Assembly: GCA_036229005.1 (NCBI GenBank)
Contig: JAZAMN010000064.1
Span: 1 to 64,000, forward strand
Length of the DNA: 64,000 nt
Direction of reading: 5' to 3'
Source of the DNA: Myxococcota bacterium
GTDB lineage: Bacteria; Myxococcota_A; UBA796; CAJQPC01
Under the pieces are notes generated by a model that was not told the DNA's origin, searched no databases, and was given only the letters and a program-made list of their open reading frames with translations. Made by a program: the position numbers and the translations under genes. This document shows, one piece after another, positions 8,875-18,268 of this stretch (within the stretch, counting starts at the first letter, position 1; every line of letters begins with the position of its first letter).

Positions 8875-10091
8875 GCGCACCGCTGCCTTACTCCCCGCCG
8901 GCCAAGGCCGAGCGCATCCCCTACGGGACCCTGACCGAGATCGCCGGCATCCAGGTGGGCGTCGCCGCCGCCGGGATCCGACCCTCGGGTGGCCTGGACC
9001 TGCTCGTGCTGTCCCACCCCGGGGCCGCCGTCGCCGGGGTCACCACCCGCTCCACCGCCGTGGCCGCCCCCTGCAAGTGGACCCGCTCCCTGCTGCCGGG
9101 CTTCGCGGACGCGCTGGTCGTCAACGCGGGCAACGCCAACGCCGCCACCGGCACCCAGGGGGAGGCCGACGCCCAGGCCACCGCCGAGCGCGCCGCCGCC
9201 GCCCTGGGCACCACGCCGGAGCGCGTCCTGCTGGCCTCCACCGGGGTGATCGGGCGCATGCTGCCCATGGACAAGGTGTTCGCCGGCGTCGACGCCGCCT
9301 GCGCCGCGCTGCGTCCCCACGCTGGCCACGCCGCCGCCTGCGCCATCCTGACCACGGACAGCGGCCCCAAGGAGGTCGCCTTCCAGGCCGGCGGCGTGAA
9401 GGTCGCGGGCATCGCCAAGGGGGCGGGCATGATCCACCCCAACATGGCGACCATGCTCAGCTTCATCGCCACGGACGCCAAGGTCGCCCCCGAGCACCTG
9501 CAGGCCATCCTCAAGCCCGCGGTGGACCGCAGCTTCAACGCCCTGAGCGTGGACGGCGACAGCTCCACCAACGACACCGTCGTGCTCATCGCCACCGGCA
9601 AGGGCGCCGAGCTCGCCCCCGGGGCCCCCGGCTGGGCCGAGCTGGTCCTGGCCCTGGAGAGCACCTGCACCCACCTGGCCCAGGCCATCGCCGCCGACGG
9701 CGAGGGCGCCACCACCCTGATCGAGGCCGTGGTCGAGGGCCCCAGCGAGTCCGAGGGCCGCGCCCTGGCCCGGGCCGTGGTCAAGTCCAACCTGGTCAAG
9801 GCCGCCGTGCACGGGCGGGACCCCAACTGGGGCCGCATCGTCGGTGCGCTGGGGCAGGCGCAGGCCCACGGCCTGGACGCCCTCAACCTGGACATCGGCG
9901 GCGTGCCGGTGGTGCGCGAGGGCCAGCCGCTCCCCCTGGAGTCCGAGAAGGTCGCCCAGGCCATGCAGCAGCCCCAGCTCCGGCTGCACATCCAGCTCCC
10001 CGCCGATCCCAGCGCGCCCGGCCTGGCCCGCGCCTGGGGCTGCGATCTGAGCGCCGAGTACGTGCGGATCAATGCCGACTACACAAGCTGA
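8871..10091 (+). CDS. argJ: Ornithine acetyltransferase / N-acetylglutamate synthase
   Basis: NAGNANAATG, STGVIG, ILTTD, KGAGMIHPNMATML (autocleavage Thr), SSTND, DGEGAT, DPNWGR, WGCDLSAEYVRINADY. ATG 8871 overlaps the previous stop. Confidence 0.96.
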   Translation: MSAPLPYSPPAKAERIPYGTLTEIAGIQVGVAAAGIRPSGGLDLLVLSHPGAAVAGVTTRSTAVAAPCKWTRSLLPGFADALVVNAGNANAATGTQGEADAQATAERAAAALGTTPERVLLASTGVIGRMLPMDKVFAGVDAACAALRPHAGHAAACAILTTDSGPKEVAFQAGGVKVAGIAKGAGMIHPNMATMLSFIATDAKVAPEHLQAILKPAVDRSFNALSVDGDSSTNDTVVLIATGKGAELAPGAPGWAELVLALESTCTHLAQAIAADGEGATTLIEAVVEGPSESEGRALARAVVKSNLVKAAVHGRDPNWGRIVGALGQAQAHGLDALNLDIGGVPVVREGQPLPLESEKVAQAMQQPQLRLHIQLPADPSAPGLARAWGCDLSAEYVRINADYTS

Positions 10092-10815
10092 GGGCCTCTG
10101 GGTCTGCAAGCTGGGGGGCGCCGCCCTCCAGGACGCCGCCAAGGCCGAGGACCTCTACCAGCGCCTCGCCGCGCACCACGCCGCCGGTCGCCAGCTCGTG
10201 GTGGTCCACGGCGGAGGCCCCGCTGTGTCCGCGATGGCCAAGCGCCTGGGGGTGGCCAGCAGCTTCCACGACGGGCTGCGGGTGACCTCGCCTGCGCTGA
10301 TGGAGGTCGCACAGATGGTCCAGCTCGGGCAGGTGGGGCGTGGTGTGGTCACGGGCCTCGCGCGCCTTGGGGTCCCAGCCCTCTCCCTCTCCGGAGCGGA
10401 CTTCGCGGGCATGCTGCGGGCGCGGCTTCACCCCGAGCGGGCCCTGGGGAGGGTGGGGGAGATCGATGCGGTCGACGTGGATAGGCTCACCGCGCTCACC
10501 GCTGCGGGTGTGGTCCCCGTGATCGCCCCCATCGGCGTCGACGAGGACATGCTGCCGCTGAACGTGAACGCCGACAGCGTCGCCCAGGCCGTGGCCGCCG
10601 CCCTCCAGGCCGAGCGCCTGATCTTCGTGAGTGATGTGCAGGCCGTGCTGGGTCCGGAGGGTCCCGTGGAGGTCCTCCGTGCCGCGCAGGCCCGGGACTG
10701 GCTAAAGGACGGGACCATCCACGGCGGCATGGTCCCCAAGATCCGCGGAGCGCTGGACGCCCTGGACTTGGGGGTGGGCCAGGTCGCCATCGGCAACACC
10801 CGGATCTGCCCGTGA
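10072..10815 (+). CDS. argB: Acetylglutamate kinase
   Basis: KLGGA, VVHGGGP, GLRVT, LNVNAD, GGMVPK. Confidence 0.95.
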   Translation: MPTTQAEGLWVCKLGGAALQDAAKAEDLYQRLAAHHAAGRQLVVVHGGGPAVSAMAKRLGVASSFHDGLRVTSPALMEVAQMVQLGQVGRGVVTGLARLGVPALSLSGADFAGMLRARLHPERALGRVGEIDAVDVDRLTALTAAGVVPVIAPIGVDEDMLPLNVNADSVAQAVAAALQAERLIFVSDVQAVLGPEGPVEVLRAAQARDWLKDGTIHGGMVPKIRGALDALDLGVGQVAIGNTRICP

Positions 10816-11954
10816 GCACCCAAGACCCCTTCCTGAACACCTACGGTGAGCGCCCCCTGACCCTGGTGCGCGGCAGCGGACGCCGCGTCCTGGACGACCA
10901 GGGCCGCTGGTATCTGGACGCGATCTGCGGCATCGCCGTCAACGCGCTGGGCCACGAGCACCCCCGCATCCTGGCCGCCATCGCCGAGCAGAGCGGCAAG
11001 CTGCTGCACACCTCGAACCTGTACCACGTGCCCGTTCAGCGGGAGCTGGCCCAGGCGCTGGTCGCGCTCTACGACGCCGGCGGCGTGTTCCTGTGCAACA
11101 GCGGCGCCGAGGCCAACGAGAGCGCCCTCAAGCTGGCCCGCAAGTACCACTACAAGCGCGGCGCCCCCCGGGCCGAGATCCTGGTGGCCGAGCACGCCTT
11201 CCACGGCCGCACCCTGGCCATGGTGACCCTCACCGGCCGGGACAAGTACCAGGAGGGCTACCACCCTCTGCCCCCCGGCGTGCGCGTGGTCCCCGACGAC
11301 CAGATGGCCTCCGAGATCAGCGAGGCCACCTGCGCGGTCTTCCTGGAGCCCGTGCGCGGCGAGGGCGGCTGCCTGCCCTTCCCGGACCTCCAGGGCGTGC
11401 GGGACGCCTGCGACGCCCACGGCGCGCTCCTGGTCTACGACGAGATCCAGTGCGGTCTGGGGCGCACCGGCACCCTGCGTGTGCAGCCCGAGCCCGACAT
11501 CCGCGCGCTGGCCAAGGCGCTGGGCGGCGGTCTGCCCCTGGGCGCGATGGTCGCTGCGCCTCACCTGGCCGACGTCTTCGGCCCGGGTGACCACGGCAGC
11601 ACCTTTGGCGGCAACCCTGTCGCCTGCGCCGCTGGCCTGGCCTTCCTGCAGGTCCTGGCCGAAGAGGGCCTGGAGCAGCGCTGCACGGAGCTCGGCGCGC
11701 TGCTGCGCGAGCGCCTGGAGGCCCTGGGGGTCCCTGTCGTGGGCCAGGGCCTGATGCTCGCCGCCCAGGTCGAGGCCTCCGCGCCGCTGATCCAACACAT
11801 GCGCGAGGTGTCCGGCGTCCTGGTCTGCCCTGCGGGCCCCAACGCCGTGCGCTTCCTGCCTGCGTTCAACAGCACCGAGGCCGAGATCCACGAGATGGCC
11901 GACGCGCTGGGCGCCGCTCTGCTTGCCGCGCGGGCCGCTACCTCAGGGCGCTGA
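10812..11954 (+). CDS. argD: Acetylornithine aminotransferase
   Basis: CNSGAEANE, FHGRT, EPVRGEGG, DEIQCGLGRTG, AKALGGG, HGSTFGGNP. Last gene of the arg operon. Confidence 0.93.
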   Translation: MSTQDPFLNTYGERPLTLVRGSGRRVLDDQGRWYLDAICGIAVNALGHEHPRILAAIAEQSGKLLHTSNLYHVPVQRELAQALVALYDAGGVFLCNSGAEANESALKLARKYHYKRGAPRAEILVAEHAFHGRTLAMVTLTGRDKYQEGYHPLPPGVRVVPDDQMASEISEATCAVFLEPVRGEGGCLPFPDLQGVRDACDAHGALLVYDEIQCGLGRTGTLRVQPEPDIRALAKALGGGLPLGAMVAAPHLADVFGPGDHGSTFGGNPVACAAGLAFLQVLAEEGLEQRCTELGALLRERLEALGVPVVGQGLMLAAQVEASAPLIQHMREVSGVLVCPAGPNAVRFLPAFNSTEAEIHEMADALGAALLAARAATSGR

Positions 11955-13023
11955 GCTCCGCGTCGATCCAGGCCTGGGCCTTCTCTTCGGGGAGGGCCGA
12001 GCCCTGGGCCACGCCAAAAGCGATGGGGCCGCAGCCCGCGTTCTTGCCCTGCACGGTCGTCTCGCTGAGCAGGGCGCCCGTGTGCCGCTCGAACACCTGC
12101 ACCTGCAGGTCCCGCCGGGAGTCGAACACCTCGCGCTGGGCGCCGGTGCGCTCCTCGGTGTAGATCCCGCAGCTCCCCAGCTCCACCTTGGACTCGGTGC
12201 GGCGGACCAGGAAGCGCACGTCGCTCAGGGGGCCGGGCTCGCCCGACCACCCCACGAAGCTGTGGTTGGCCTCGGGCGCGTCCGAGCTGCGGTGCAGGAT
12301 GAGGGCCACATCGCTGGTCGGCGCCGGGGGCCAGGGGCTGCCGCTCAGGGTCTCTCCGAGGGCTTGGGCGAGGGCATGCTCGGCCCCCACACGGCCCGTC
12401 CACACCTCTCCGGAGTAGGTGGTGCCCTCGACCTCCGCGGACACCCCGGTGATGGCGAGGTGGGGGCACTGCTCCAGGGGCTGGTTGAACACGCCGAAGT
12501 CCCAGCTCGCCAGGGAGTCCAGGGGGACAGGCACCCAGACGGTGGCCTTGCCCGGCTCCTTGCTGCCGCTCTGCGCGCCCACGTTGAGGGTCGCGCCGTC
12601 CGGGACCGCGCCCATCCCCACGCCCCAGGGGTCCATCCCCAGCTTGCAGGCGGGCCGCGCGTCCCCGGCGCTCAGGCAGAAGTTCGCCACGCTGAGCTTG
12701 CCGGTCAGCTTGCCGACGGTGGCCCGGTTCTGGACGGTGGGGGGCGGCGGCGGGACGCTCAGGGTGCTGGGCTCGCTGCCGTTGTCGCCGCGCAGGGTCG
12801 GGCGTCCGTACTGCTCCAGCGGCATGCTCAGGGTGAGCTGGCCCTGGGCGTCCGCGACGCCGCTGAGGGGGGGCTGTCCCAGGCGCTCCAGGGTGAGCTG
12901 CACGCCGGGCTCGGTCTGGATCGAGACCGCGATCTCCTGCTGTCCGCAGGGGCTGGGGACCCAGGCCGCGCTGGCCTGGAGGGTGGGGGGCTGGGTGCAG
13001 GCGGCGAGCAGGAGGAGGTGCAT
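11938..13023 (-). CDS. Hypothetical lipoprotein
   Basis: MHLLLLAAC start with GGAG 6 nt upstream. Codon usage consistent with a real gene; no family recognised. Confidence 0.65.
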   Translation of the reverse strand: MHLLLLAACTQPPTLQASAAWVPSPCGQQEIAVSIQTEPGVQLTLERLGQPPLSGVADAQGQLTLSMPLEQYGRPTLRGDNGSEPSTLSVPPPPPTVQNRATVGKLTGKLSVANFCLSAGDARPACKLGMDPWGVGMGAVPDGATLNVGAQSGSKEPGKATVWVPVPLDSLASWDFGVFNQPLEQCPHLAITGVSAEVEGTTYSGEVWTGRVGAEHALAQALGETLSGSPWPPAPTSDVALILHRSSDAPEANHSFVGWSGEPGPLSDVRFLVRRTESKVELGSCGIYTEERTGAQREVFDSRRDLQVQVFERHTGALLSETTVQGKNAGCGPIAFGVAQGSALPEEKAQAWIDAELSALR

Positions 13024-13155
13024 GGGGGGCTCCGGTGCGCACCCCTATTGTCTTTGGCGGCGCCTCGGCGAGGGGCATCGGAGCCCCTGCGCCTCGCGCA
13101 CCTGATCGGCGCTGCCGTGGTCACAGGGGCGTCCGGGAACCGGGCCTGACGACCG

Positions 13156-13601
13156 CTACTTTGCCGCCGCTGCGGTCGCCTTCTTGTGGTTGCGGGCCAC
13201 GTCCACCACGTGGAAGGCCTGCATGCCCACGATCAAGGCGCCGACGAAGGCCAGCGCGTGCCCCGAGCCGGCCGGCAGGGAGACCAGGCCCGGGCCGGGG
13301 CAGTAGCCGCCGATGGCCCAGCCGATGCCGAACAGCGCCGACCCGCCGATCAGCCGGGGGTCGATGTCCGTCCGGGTCGGGATGCCAAAGCGCTCGGCCA
13401 GGATGGGGCTCTTGCGCTTGGTGATCAGCCGGTAGGTCACGATGTGGACAGCCATGGCGCCGCCCATGACCAGCGCCAGGGAGAAGTCCCAGTCGCCGGC
13501 GATGTTCAGGAAGCCGATGACCTTGTCCGCCTGGGTCATGCCGGACACGCCCAGGCCCAGCGCGAAGATCACGCCGACCACGAAGCTGGTGATGAGCTGC
13601 T

Positions 13602-13605
<4 letters not shown>
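13156..13605 (-). CDS. YeeE/YedE-family sulfur-compound transporter subunit
   Basis: GVIFALGLGVSGMTQADKVIGFL..WDFSL..., LFGIGWAIGGYCPGP. GTG 13605 overlaps the upstream stop. Confidence 0.9.
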
Positions 13606-14039
<434 letters not shown>

Positions 14040-14073
14040 GCGCCCTCCTCAAATCATGATTGAGGACAGGGAG

Positions 14074-14089
14074 AGCAAGGCGCGTGCCA
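14074..14089 (-). promoter_or_regulatory. Sigma-54 (-24/-12) promoter for the yeeE/yedE pair
   Basis: Minus-strand TGGCACGCGCCTTGCT matches consensus TGGCACG-N4-TTGCW, ~35 nt upstream of the start codon. Confidence 0.75.
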
Positions 14090-14111
14090 GCCAGATGGCT
14101 TGGAATGGCTG

Positions 14112-14148
14112 CAGCCTGACCTCGTTTGGGTCGGAATGGGTCAGGCTG
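14112..14148. terminator. Inverted repeat downstream of pdxJ (possible terminator or activator site)
   Basis: CAGCCTGACC (14112-14121) / GGTCAGGCTG (14139-14148). No clear U-tract. Confidence 0.3.
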
Positions 14149-14179
14149 TTGCGGAACTGGGTGTGTCGCGGTGGGACAA

Positions 14180-14914
14180 TCAGCCCCGAAGGGCCGCCAG
14201 CAGCTCCCCCACACTCTGGGTCGTCCCGACCTCCAGGGCGCGGCAGATCTGCGCGTGGCCGATGCTGACCTCAGCCAGCCCGGGGTGGTCGGCGATGCCC
14301 ACCAGGTTGTGGCGGTCCAGGTCGTGGCCAGCGTTCACGCCCAGCCCGTGCTCCAGAGCGGCGTCGATGCTCGCGCGCAGCAGGGCGGTCTGCTCCTCCT
14401 GCTTGTCGGTGCCCCAGGCCCAGGCGTAGGGCCCGGTGTAGAGCTCGACGCGGTCCACGCCCAGCTCGGCGGCGTGCTTCATGTTCTCGGGCACGCAGTC
14501 CATGAAGATGGACACCCGGATGCGGGCGGCCTGGAGGCGGCGCACGCTGTCGCGCAGGCTCTGGGACTGGGCGGGCAGGTCCCAGCCGTGGTCCGAGGTG
14601 ACCTCGCCGGGGGTGACGGGGACCAGGGTGCACTGCGCGGGGCGCAGGCGCAGGACCATCTCGATGAGCTCGGGGTTGTCCTCGCACTCGATGTTGTACT
14701 CGATGCCGGGGTGCTGCTCCTGCAGGTGCGCGGCGATGACCGGCACGTCGTCAAAGCGGATGTGGCGCTGGTCCATCCGCGGGTGCACCGTGATGCCGTG
14801 GGCCCCCGCGGCGATGACCGTGTCGCAGGCCCAGAGCAGGTTGGGGGCGTCGTGCCCGCGGGAGTTCCGGAGCAGTGCGTACTTGTTGACGTTGATGGAG
14901 AGCTTGGCGGCCAT
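14180..14914 (-). CDS. pdxJ: Pyridoxine 5'-phosphate synthase
   Basis: LSININKYALLRNSRG-like N-terminus, GITVHPRMDQRHIR, QCTLVP, TSDHGW, VELYTGPY, NAGHDL, EVSIGHA. Confidence 0.95.
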   Translation of the reverse strand: MAAKLSINVNKYALLRNSRGHDAPNLLWACDTVIAAGAHGITVHPRMDQRHIRFDDVPVIAAHLQEQHPGIEYNIECEDNPELIEMVLRLRPAQCTLVPVTPGEVTSDHGWDLPAQSQSLRDSVRRLQAARIRVSIFMDCVPENMKHAAELGVDRVELYTGPYAWAWGTDKQEEQTALLRASIDAALEHGLGVNAGHDLDRHNLVGIADHPGLAEVSIGHAQICRALEVGTTQSVGELLAALRG

Positions 14915-14976
14915 GGTTCACCCGTTAGTGGCCGGCTCCATATCCCCTCGCGTCCGCACCTGGCGCTGGAGTACGT

Positions 14977-15771
14977 GTGTCCCAGGAACTTGAGTCCCTC
15001 ATCCGGCGTCTGGCCTCTGACCTGGGGGTGGAGTGCTACCAGCTCGACCTCCAGCCCCCCCGCTTCACGGCCTACGCGTTGGACACCGGGCCCAAGCGGG
15101 TGCGGCCCGACGAGGCGCCGCCCGTGGGCTGTCTGCGGGGCAGCGTCCAGACGCCCCTGGGGACCCTCCAGATCTGCCAGCCCTTCACGCGCAGCGGGGC
15201 TCTGCCCTGCCAGTTCCGCCTGGACCTGGACACGGGCGCTCCGGCCGCGGCCATCCTGCGGCGGGGAGAGGGGCTGGCGGCACCTCGCTGGCAGCAGTGG
15301 GAGTTGGAGGGCGCGTCGGAGTCAGCCTTCGTGGCCGCGCTGCAGAAGCAGCCTACCTCCGGGATCCGGTGGAACCATGCGCTGATCGCGGACCGCTTGT
15401 TGGAGCTTCAGTGGGCCATGCGGGTGCTGCCGCGGGGGCCGGGCGCCTGCACGCTGGTGCTGGTCACGGGGGAGGACGTGAAGGCCAGCCGCCGGGCAGG
15501 CGTGGAGCTGGCGCTGGAGCACTTTGCTGCCTACGCCGAGCTCCTGCGCGCGCAGGATGGGGACGCCGAGGCTGTTCAGGCGCTGGAGGCGGTCCTGGTC
15601 CTTGAGGACGCGGCGACGCTGGAGCGGCGGCCAGACTGGGATCCGCCGGCGCCCAAGCAAGTCAAGCCCCTCTCTCCGGCCCAGCGTCGGCAGCAGCGGT
15701 TGCTGATCCTGGGGATCGCCCTGTTCATCGGCGCATCGGTGCTGGCAGGCTTCCTGGGCATCTTCGATTAG
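14977..15771 (+). CDS. Hypothetical protein with C-terminal TM anchor (paralogue of next gene)
   Basis: C-terminal LLILGIALFIGASVLAGFLG. Shares motifs with 15798-16862. Confidence 0.65.
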   Translation: MSQELESLIRRLASDLGVECYQLDLQPPRFTAYALDTGPKRVRPDEAPPVGCLRGSVQTPLGTLQICQPFTRSGALPCQFRLDLDTGAPAAAILRRGEGLAAPRWQQWELEGASESAFVAALQKQPTSGIRWNHALIADRLLELQWAMRVLPRGPGACTLVLVTGEDVKASRRAGVELALEHFAAYAELLRAQDGDAEAVQALEAVLVLEDAATLERRPDWDPPAPKQVKPLSPAQRRQQRLLILGIALFIGASVLAGFLGIFD

Positions 15772-15797
15772 AGTGCAGCCACCGCTGGAGTGCCTGC

Positions 15798-16862
15798 ATG
15801 AGCCTGATCGGAAAGATCGTCGCCGACGCCCTCACCACCCGAAAGGGCATCGTGGAGGGCCAGAGCAAGCGCATCCAGGATGAGTGCGTGAAGCTGGGGC
15901 TGCCCAAGCCCCAGGTCCGCGTCTACAAGGTGGGCACCGGCGAGAAGAAGGTCCGCTACAACGAGGTGGTGCCCAACGGCGCCCTGCGCTGCGAGGTGGA
16001 CCTGGGCTTTGGCGAGATGCAGATCACCATGCCCTTCACGGACAAGGTGGCGATGCCCACGCAGTTCCGCATGGACTTCCCCTTCGACGCACCCGCCAGC
16101 GTGGTGCTCACCCGGGGTTTCCTGGGCGTCGGGTCCTGGGAGGCCCACGACGTGCAGGAGGATCTGCCCGAGGTGAAGGCCTTCTTCGATCGCCTGGGCG
16201 AGATCTCCGGGCGCCTGAGCGACGACATCGAGCTGCGCCACGAGCTGCCGGGGAACACCCACATCGACCTGGGGTGGGGGATGCAGATCCTGCAGACCGG
16301 AGCCGGTCGGTGCACCGCCATCATCCAGACGGGGGGCGTCGGCATCTTCACGACGGTGCCCGGCGTCGAGGTCGCCAAGGTGTCCTTCCAGGCGCTGCGG
16401 GACCTGCTGGCGGGGTACTCCGGACAGATCGCGCCCCAGGGGGGGCCCCACGCCTACGCGCTCGCGATGGTGGGGGACCACGAGCTGGAGCTGGATCCGG
16501 CGTTCAGTGGGGGCCAGGCCCAGGCGGACGCGCCCCCTGCGGCGGAGCCGGACAGCCCGACCTCGTCGGCGCCGATGGGTGCACAGAGTGGGGGGCGGCC
16601 GGAGCCCCAGGGGGTGGTCCAGGATCCCGCGGACTTCAAGATCCGCCCCAAGACCGACTGGAGCCCGGAGCCTCCTCCCGCTGCAGGGGCGCCGAGTCCG
16701 GGTCCCCGCGGGGAGCCTCCCGAGCCCGCTGCGCCGGCCAAGAAGGGCATGGGGGTGCTGGGCTGGTCCTTCCTGATCGGCGGCGGCCTGATGGCGCTGA
16801 GCTGCGCGGGGTGCATGGGGCTGGGGATGCTGGGTGCCATCCTGGAGAATGCTGGATACTGA
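15798..16862 (+). CDS. Hypothetical protein with Pro-rich linker and C-terminal TM anchor
   Basis: Strong GC3 codon bias, KKGMGVLGWSFLIGGGLMAL TM, homologous to the upstream ORF. Confidence 0.75.
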   Translation: MSLIGKIVADALTTRKGIVEGQSKRIQDECVKLGLPKPQVRVYKVGTGEKKVRYNEVVPNGALRCEVDLGFGEMQITMPFTDKVAMPTQFRMDFPFDAPASVVLTRGFLGVGSWEAHDVQEDLPEVKAFFDRLGEISGRLSDDIELRHELPGNTHIDLGWGMQILQTGAGRCTAIIQTGGVGIFTTVPGVEVAKVSFQALRDLLAGYSGQIAPQGGPHAYALAMVGDHELELDPAFSGGQAQADAPPAAEPDSPTSSAPMGAQSGGRPEPQGVVQDPADFKIRPKTDWSPEPPPAAGAPSPGPRGEPPEPAAPAKKGMGVLGWSFLIGGGLMALSCAGCMGLGMLGAILENAGY

Positions 16863-16880
16863 GCGGGCACTGGAGGGCGG

Positions 16881-17213
16881 ATGACGCTTCTGCTGATGGG
16901 ACTGCTCGGGACGACGGGCTGCTACAAGAACACCGTGGTGACGGGCAAGCCGAGCAACGGTGAGAGCCAGAGCAAGCGGCACCGCTTCCTGCTGTGGGGG
17001 CTCATGGGCAGCCCCACCTACGACCTGCAGAAGATGTGCCCCACGGGGGTCTCGCGGATCGAGGAGCAGGTGGACATCGCCGGCTCGCTGGTGGGCTGCG
17101 TGACCTGCGGCATCGTGATGCCGGTCAAGATGACGGTGACCTGCGCCGGTGGGCAGCAGGTGGACCTGACGGCGGACGCGGACAGCGGGCTCTGGACCGC
17201 GGAGGTGCTGTGA
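16881..17213 (+). CDS. Bor-family lipoprotein
   Basis: Lipobox TTGC; HRFLLWGL...CP.GVSRIE...VTCGIVMP...VTC (Bor pattern). Confidence 0.75.
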   Translation: MTLLLMGLLGTTGCYKNTVVTGKPSNGESQSKRHRFLLWGLMGSPTYDLQKMCPTGVSRIEEQVDIAGSLVGCVTCGIVMPVKMTVTCAGGQQVDLTADADSGLWTAEVL

Positions 17214-17614
17214 TGAAGCGACTCACTCTGGCGGTGCTGGCCCTGACCCTGCTCGGCGGCTGCTTCAAGACCCAGTACACCTACGGCCCCAAGGCCAAGG
17301 GCGACTCCGACCACGAAGAGTGGCGGCACCGGGTGGCGTGGGGGATCATCGAGCTGTCCGGCCCCATGGACATCTCGCACGTCTGCCCCAACGGCGACTT
17401 CTCCCGGATCAAGACCAGCAACACGCTGGGCAACTCCATCGTCGGGATCGTCATCCGCGGCCTGATCGGCGCGGGCGCCGTGGACTGGTACTCGCCGTCC
17501 ACCATCGAGGTCTGGTGCGCGGACGGGACGGCCTACCGGGCCACCGTCGAGCAGGACGGGACCGTGCTGGAGCTGGAGGCGCCGGTGGATCAGGGGGCTG
17601 CGTTCCTGGAGTAG
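17213..17614 (+). CDS. Bor-family lipoprotein
   Basis: MKRLTLAVLALTLLGGC; HRVAWGII...CPNG...YSPSTIEVWC. TGATG coupling with the previous gene. Confidence 0.75.
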   Translation: MKRLTLAVLALTLLGGCFKTQYTYGPKAKGDSDHEEWRHRVAWGIIELSGPMDISHVCPNGDFSRIKTSNTLGNSIVGIVIRGLIGAGAVDWYSPSTIEVWCADGTAYRATVEQDGTVLELEAPVDQGAAFLE

Positions 17615-17618
17615 GGAC

Positions 17619-17921
17619 TCAGTCTTTTGGGCCCGCCTCCACGGCGGGCATTCGCCTGCGGCTGTGCACGACAGCGAGGACCACCGCGGCCTCCCGGTCG
17701 AGCCGGTAGACCAGCCTGTAGGGCGGGACGATGCGCTCCCGGAGCCGGGGCTCTGAGAACTCCGGCACCATCCTGCCGGCTTCCGGGTGCTCTTGAATCA
17801 GGCGCGTGGCGCCCTTGAGCCTGGCGGCCATCCTCCTGGCTGCGCTGGGGTCGTCCTGGGCGATGTAGAGCACCAGTTCTCGCAGATCCTCTCTAGCCCC
17901 GCTCGTCCACACCAGCTGCAC
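17619..17921 (-). CDS. Type II TA toxin, RelE/ParE family
   Basis: LVWTSGAREDLREL..YIAQDDPSAA...HPEAGRMVPE...RERIVPPYRLVYR...VLAVVHSRR. Confidence 0.9.
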   Translation of the reverse strand: MQLVWTSGAREDLRELVLYIAQDDPSAARRMAARLKGATRLIQEHPEAGRMVPEFSEPRLRERIVPPYRLVYRLDREAAVVLAVVHSRRRMPAVEAGPKD

Positions 17922-18213
17922 GGCCGCCCTCCGCGTCGTCGAGGAGCGCGTCGATGTCCGCCCAGACGTCCTCGTCGCTGCTCACGGCGCCGTCGTCGGC
18001 TTCCCGCAGTCCGCGCAACACCTTGGAGACCAGCTCACGCCCCTCTTCGAGCTCGTCCAGCATCGCGGGATGGATCAGCACCGCGGCGGCCTTTCCCCGC
18101 TGGGTGATCACGACTGGGCGCCCGTTCTCATCGACCCGACGGAGCCAGCCGGCCAGGTTGGAGCGCAGCTCCTTGACGGGGACCAGGTCTTCGGCCAGGG
18201 CAGGGCGCTTCAT
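17893..18213 (-). CDS. Type II TA antitoxin, Phd/YefM family
   Basis: PVKELRSNLAGWLRRV...PVVITQRGKAAAVLI, acidic C-terminus, overlaps the toxin start. Confidence 0.9.
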   Translation of the reverse strand: MKRPALAEDLVPVKELRSNLAGWLRRVDENGRPVVITQRGKAAAVLIHPAMLDELEEGRELVSKVLRGLREADDGAVSSDEDVWADIDALLDDAEGGRAAGVDERG

Positions 18214-18223
18214 GCTTCACTCC

Positions 18224-18243
18224 GGTACACTCAGGTGTACACC
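18224..18243. promoter_or_regulatory. TA autoregulatory operator
   Basis: Perfect palindrome GGTGTACACC (18234-18243, core TGTACA) plus GGTACA 12 bp away (18224-18229), immediately upstream of the antitoxin ATG. Confidence 0.7.
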
Positions 18244-18268
18244 CCAGCGGTCGCTGGGGCAACCGCGC

